Source: Spongospora subterranea f. sp. subterranea
Lineage: Eukaryota
Reading direction: 5' to 3'
Length of the DNA: 53,195 bases
Assembly: GCA_049724395.1 (NCBI GenBank)
Contig: JAUGWO010000059.1
Coordinates: forward strand, 248,001-301,195
The notes beneath the pieces were generated by a model that was not told the origin of the DNA, searched no databases, and saw nothing but the letters and a program-made list of their open reading frames with translations. A program made the position numbers and the translations under genes. Of this stretch, positions 50,401-53,195 are shown in pieces. How positions within the stretch are numbered: position 1 is the stretch's first letter; every line of letters begins with the position of its first letter.

Positions 50401-50760
50401 CTTTGCGACTCGAAAATCAAACTGGCGACGCTCTCCTTTAGCCACCAGGTGAACCGGCCTGGCGTTTGGGTACCGATCCTACACGAACAGGTAAGAACGT
50501 GGGCAGTAAATGGGTTTGCTAACATGCAAGATAGTCATTGTTCTGACAAACGCGTCATGCAATGGTTCCTCCACAGCTTGCATTACTAGATTCAAAAATT
50601 GGCCTTCATCGTCACGCCCAACGAGTGACGTGTTGCGATTAATACGCTGGGCTGAGCAGTCGAAATGAACCTTGCAACCCTTCATCATCGACGCAAATTG
50701 AAGCTTCAACTCTGGAATGTTTGGGAATTGATTGTAAGAAATCAAGGTTTTGCGGTTTAT
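47460..50760 (-). mobile_element. Interrupted Mutator-like transposase gene with AT-hook and USP-like peptidase C-terminus
   Basis: GCKVHF (50679->50662), WWL..ASLIF, SNPIVSMH, RYG|VSERWKISIERYG, NDGRPPDT, KKKVGRPKGTKN, NNTCY (48409->48395), GGHF (47618->47607) and YHYDDL (47561->47544). Confidence 0.65.
48688..50144. mobile_element. Rearranged LTR-retrotransposon derivative inserted in the Mutator-like gene
   Basis: TG...CA ends with flanks AAACA/CAACA (5-bp TSD, one mismatch). Gag fragments in both orientations (CSLLTGQARAW, LIHQFRQGL). PPT-like AAAACGGGGGATAC precedes a short LTR at 50035-50144 whose end, CTCGGGCACAGTTCCTAACA, also occurs at 24461-24480. Confidence 0.75.
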
Positions 50761-50829
50761 CTAGCTGCAGGCAGGTTACCAGCCGGTTGACGAATTGAGA
50801 TGAATTGAACTAGGTCAGATAAATAACAC

Positions 50830-51723
50830 CAGGGGGTCCGGAATACATATTCGTTATTTATTGCTTTTTACTATGGATACCAGAAAATTATTCGCTAGTG
50901 ATGATCCAAAGGGAGGAATAACTACTATACCTTCACTGAAGGTAGTAAGTTATTCCGGAATAAGTCATATTTATTCCAACATTGTCAAGAACAGTTCTCG
51001 TCCAATAAGTATTAATAAGCATTTGCCTTAAAAAATAGTTGAATTTCGAGATTTTCGGGTAGCAAGCCCTGTCGTGTAAAACCAGAAACGTCGAACATAC
51101 GCTCGTATATGTTCATTTTAGGACAAATGAACTATAAGTCAATGTAGCTGGAACTCTCACAATTATTATCAGTTCTTGATGCGACGAATGACAGCCGATA
51201 ATCCTTCCGCTTCCTCTTCAATTTCCGCAGAACATGGCAGAGATGCATGGCTATTCTCTTGCGGTTTCAATAGATGCCTAATTGAACTTCTTTCAAGACG
51301 AGAAAGAGTCAATGTCGCTCCTTCAATTTGGGATTTCTGTACTTTCACTACTGCAGTTTCGAACTCTGGCACTTCCAAACATCACTATCTGAGACTGGAG
51401 AGAAATACTTCTCATCTATCTCTTTGGTCGATAAAGATGCAGGATAAGACTGGCCTGGCGCCCATTTTATATGAGCTGAATCTCCTCCGGTCGCCACCTT
51501 CGACGAGTCCGCAAAGTTGAATTTTTATTACCGCGCGCACGAAATTCTGGCTCCGACGTTGGCGGAAATAATATTGAACTTATTCCTCTGTTGGATTGCG
51601 AATAAGTCCAGAGCTTGCAGACCGCCCGAGGAATAATTCCCTATAATAGCGATGACGGAATAAATTATTCATAGAAAGAATAAGAATAATTCTTGATAGA
51701 CAATTACTTATTCGGAGGGCCTG
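50830..51723 (-). mobile_element. Internally deleted hAT transposon
   Basis: Imperfect TIRs CAGGGGGTCCGGAATA and CAGGCCCTCCGAATA, with 8-bp flanks AATAACAC/AATAATTC. Remnant peptides PEFETAVVKVQ and YIDL*FICPKMNIYERMFDVSGFTRQGLLPENLEIQLFFKAN resemble the hAT dimerisation domain. Confidence 0.75.
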
Positions 51724-52099
51724 AATAATTCGTTGGTCGGATCGATTGGCGGTCTGACAATCTTTGCACTAACCAGGGAACCCGAGGATCCGGCGTTCAC
51801 ATTGTGTCGCGTCAACAATAGAGATGTGACAGCTACCACTGCAATTGTCAAAAAAATCATAAAAACGATTCGGACGAGATTCGAACTCGCGCGCCCAAAG
51901 GGCAGCCACTTAGCAGGCGACCGTGTTAACCACTCCACCACCGAATCTGCGGACACGAACTATTAGACGATAGTGGTAGTGGTAGTGGTAGTGGTCGATG
52001 GTAACGTTAATGAGTACTATAGAAGAGTGACGTTTATTGTCATTGATGATGTGTTTAATACACATAGTTGAGTCATGCTTATCAATGACTCAACATGAA

Positions 52100-53195
52100 T
52101 CATGCGGAAGATGAAAATATCGCCTTACGGTTAATACGCACCTTCGCTATTGAATCTGGAGCTAGTTCGGTGTTTAAAATCTTGTGTCGGTGGGTTTCGA
52201 ACTTCTGCTCGCTCAATGGTTTTGTAAAAAGGTCCGCAATCATTGTTTCAGTTGGGCAGTATACGACTTTGATCCGGCCTTCCTTGATCTTTTCCCGGAT
52301 AAAATGGTACTTGATATCCACATGTTTGGTTCTTGACTTATTGCAGTCGTTTGTTTGAAGAAAAATCGCTCCCTGGTTGTCCTGATGGAGGATGGACCTC
52401 TTGTTTGTGATGATACGTAGTTCCGCTAATAGGTCTTGCAACCAGATCGCTTCCTTTGTGGCGTCACACGCGGCCATATATTCGGCCTCTGTGGTAGATA
52501 AGGTTACCGCTTTCTGCTTTGTACTTTTCCATGAAATAGTATTGTTGCCTATTTTGTAAATCCAACCAGTCGTCGATTTGCGGTCGTTTTTGTCACCGGC
52601 AAAATCGCTGTCGGCGTATCCTTGGATAGTTGATGAACCTTTTGTAAAGTGAAGCCCGAGTTCTTGTGTAGTGTTTAAATACTTGATAATTTTCTGGATT
52701 GCTCTCCACAGATTTGGTGATGGTGATGTAACATAGCGGCTGACGCAGTTGACTGCGTACGCTATATCCGGGCGGGTTGCATTTGCAAGATACATCAGGC
52801 ATCCGATCGCCTCTCTTATCGGGTACTTGTTCGGGGTCGAGTGGTCATTGCTATCGGGTTCCGGATTGTGTCCGGGGTCGTAAGTCACCGCCATTGGTGT
52901 GTAGGTCGGCTTACACTGGTCTTGTCCAAACTTGGTTACGATCGTCTTAGTATATTTTTGCTGGCATAGTGTAATTCCGGTTGATGTTCTTCTAGCCTCG
53001 ATTCCTAAAAACTCGTGTAGTTCACCAAGGTCTTTCATTTTGAATGTTTTGCCTAGGCTTGATGACAATTGTTGAATTGCGTAATGATCGTCGCCAGTTA
53101 TTATCAGGTCATCAACATAGGTGCCGATTAGAATTGATTTCGCATCCTGATTTTTGTACCATATGCAGGGTTCTTTCCTCGATTGCGTGAAGCCT
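52100..53195 (-). CDS. pol: Ty1/copia reverse transcriptase-RNase H (open frame continues beyond the window)
   Basis: YVDDLIITG, KMKDLGE, LMYLANATRPDIAYAV, GYADSDFAGD, STTEAEY, DNQGAI, KHVDIKYHFIRE and MIADLFTKPL; no stop codons. Confidence 0.95.
   Translation of the reverse strand, partial: GFTQSRKEPCIWYKNQDAKSILIGTYVDDLIITGDDHYAIQQLSSSLGKTFKMKDLGELHEFLGIEARRTSTGITLCQQKYTKTIVTKFGQDQCKPTYTPMAVTYDPGHNPEPDSNDHSTPNKYPIREAIGCLMYLANATRPDIAYAVNCVSRYVTSPSPNLWRAIQKIIKYLNTTQELGLHFTKGSSTIQGYADSDFAGDKNDRKSTTGWIYKIGNNTISWKSTKQKAVTLSTTEAEYMAACDATKEAIWLQDLLAELRIITNKRSILHQDNQGAIFLQTNDCNKSRTKHVDIKYHFIREKIKEGRIKVVYCPTETMIADLFTKPLSEQKFETHRHKILNTELAPDSIAKVRINRKAIFSSSA

Noticed and set aside
51971..52096. (TAGTGG)4 microsatellite and a small hairpin GTTGAGTCAT...ATGACTCAAC
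   Set aside because: Too short to assign a function, and no recognisable PPT/LTR or Helitron end could be confirmed.

Overview
This is eukaryotic DNA with short, mostly 50-200 nt GT-AG introns. The style suggests a biotrophic protist such as a plasmodiophorid, but that is an unconfirmed inference. Intron-containing genes: three ABCG half-transporter paralogues (a tail-to-tail pair at 1.2-5.9 kb and a GC-rich copy at 34.6-36.9 kb) plus a GC-rich island of hypothetical genes at 37.6-42.7 kb. Most of 6-31 kb and 46-53 kb is a nested transposon graveyard: Ty3/gypsy chromovirus, Ty1/copia, PIF/Harbinger, hAT, Mutator-like and MITE remnants. Intronless genes with signal-peptide-like N-termini lie among these elements. 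Most notable observations: (1) a family of apparently secreted Fe(II)/2-oxoglutarate oxygenases of the CmcJ/NvfI/AsaB type, with two intact copies and one pseudogene; (2) a Mutator-like transposase fused to an AT-hook and a USP-like cysteine peptidase, reconstructable across a retro-insertion; (3) about ten fold-back inverted duplications, mostly of TE sequence; (4) a gypsy element with a self-priming PBS and a -1 frameshift signal; (5) a signal-peptide plus NLS effector candidate between direct repeats. All calls come from reading motifs by eye; no searches were run.
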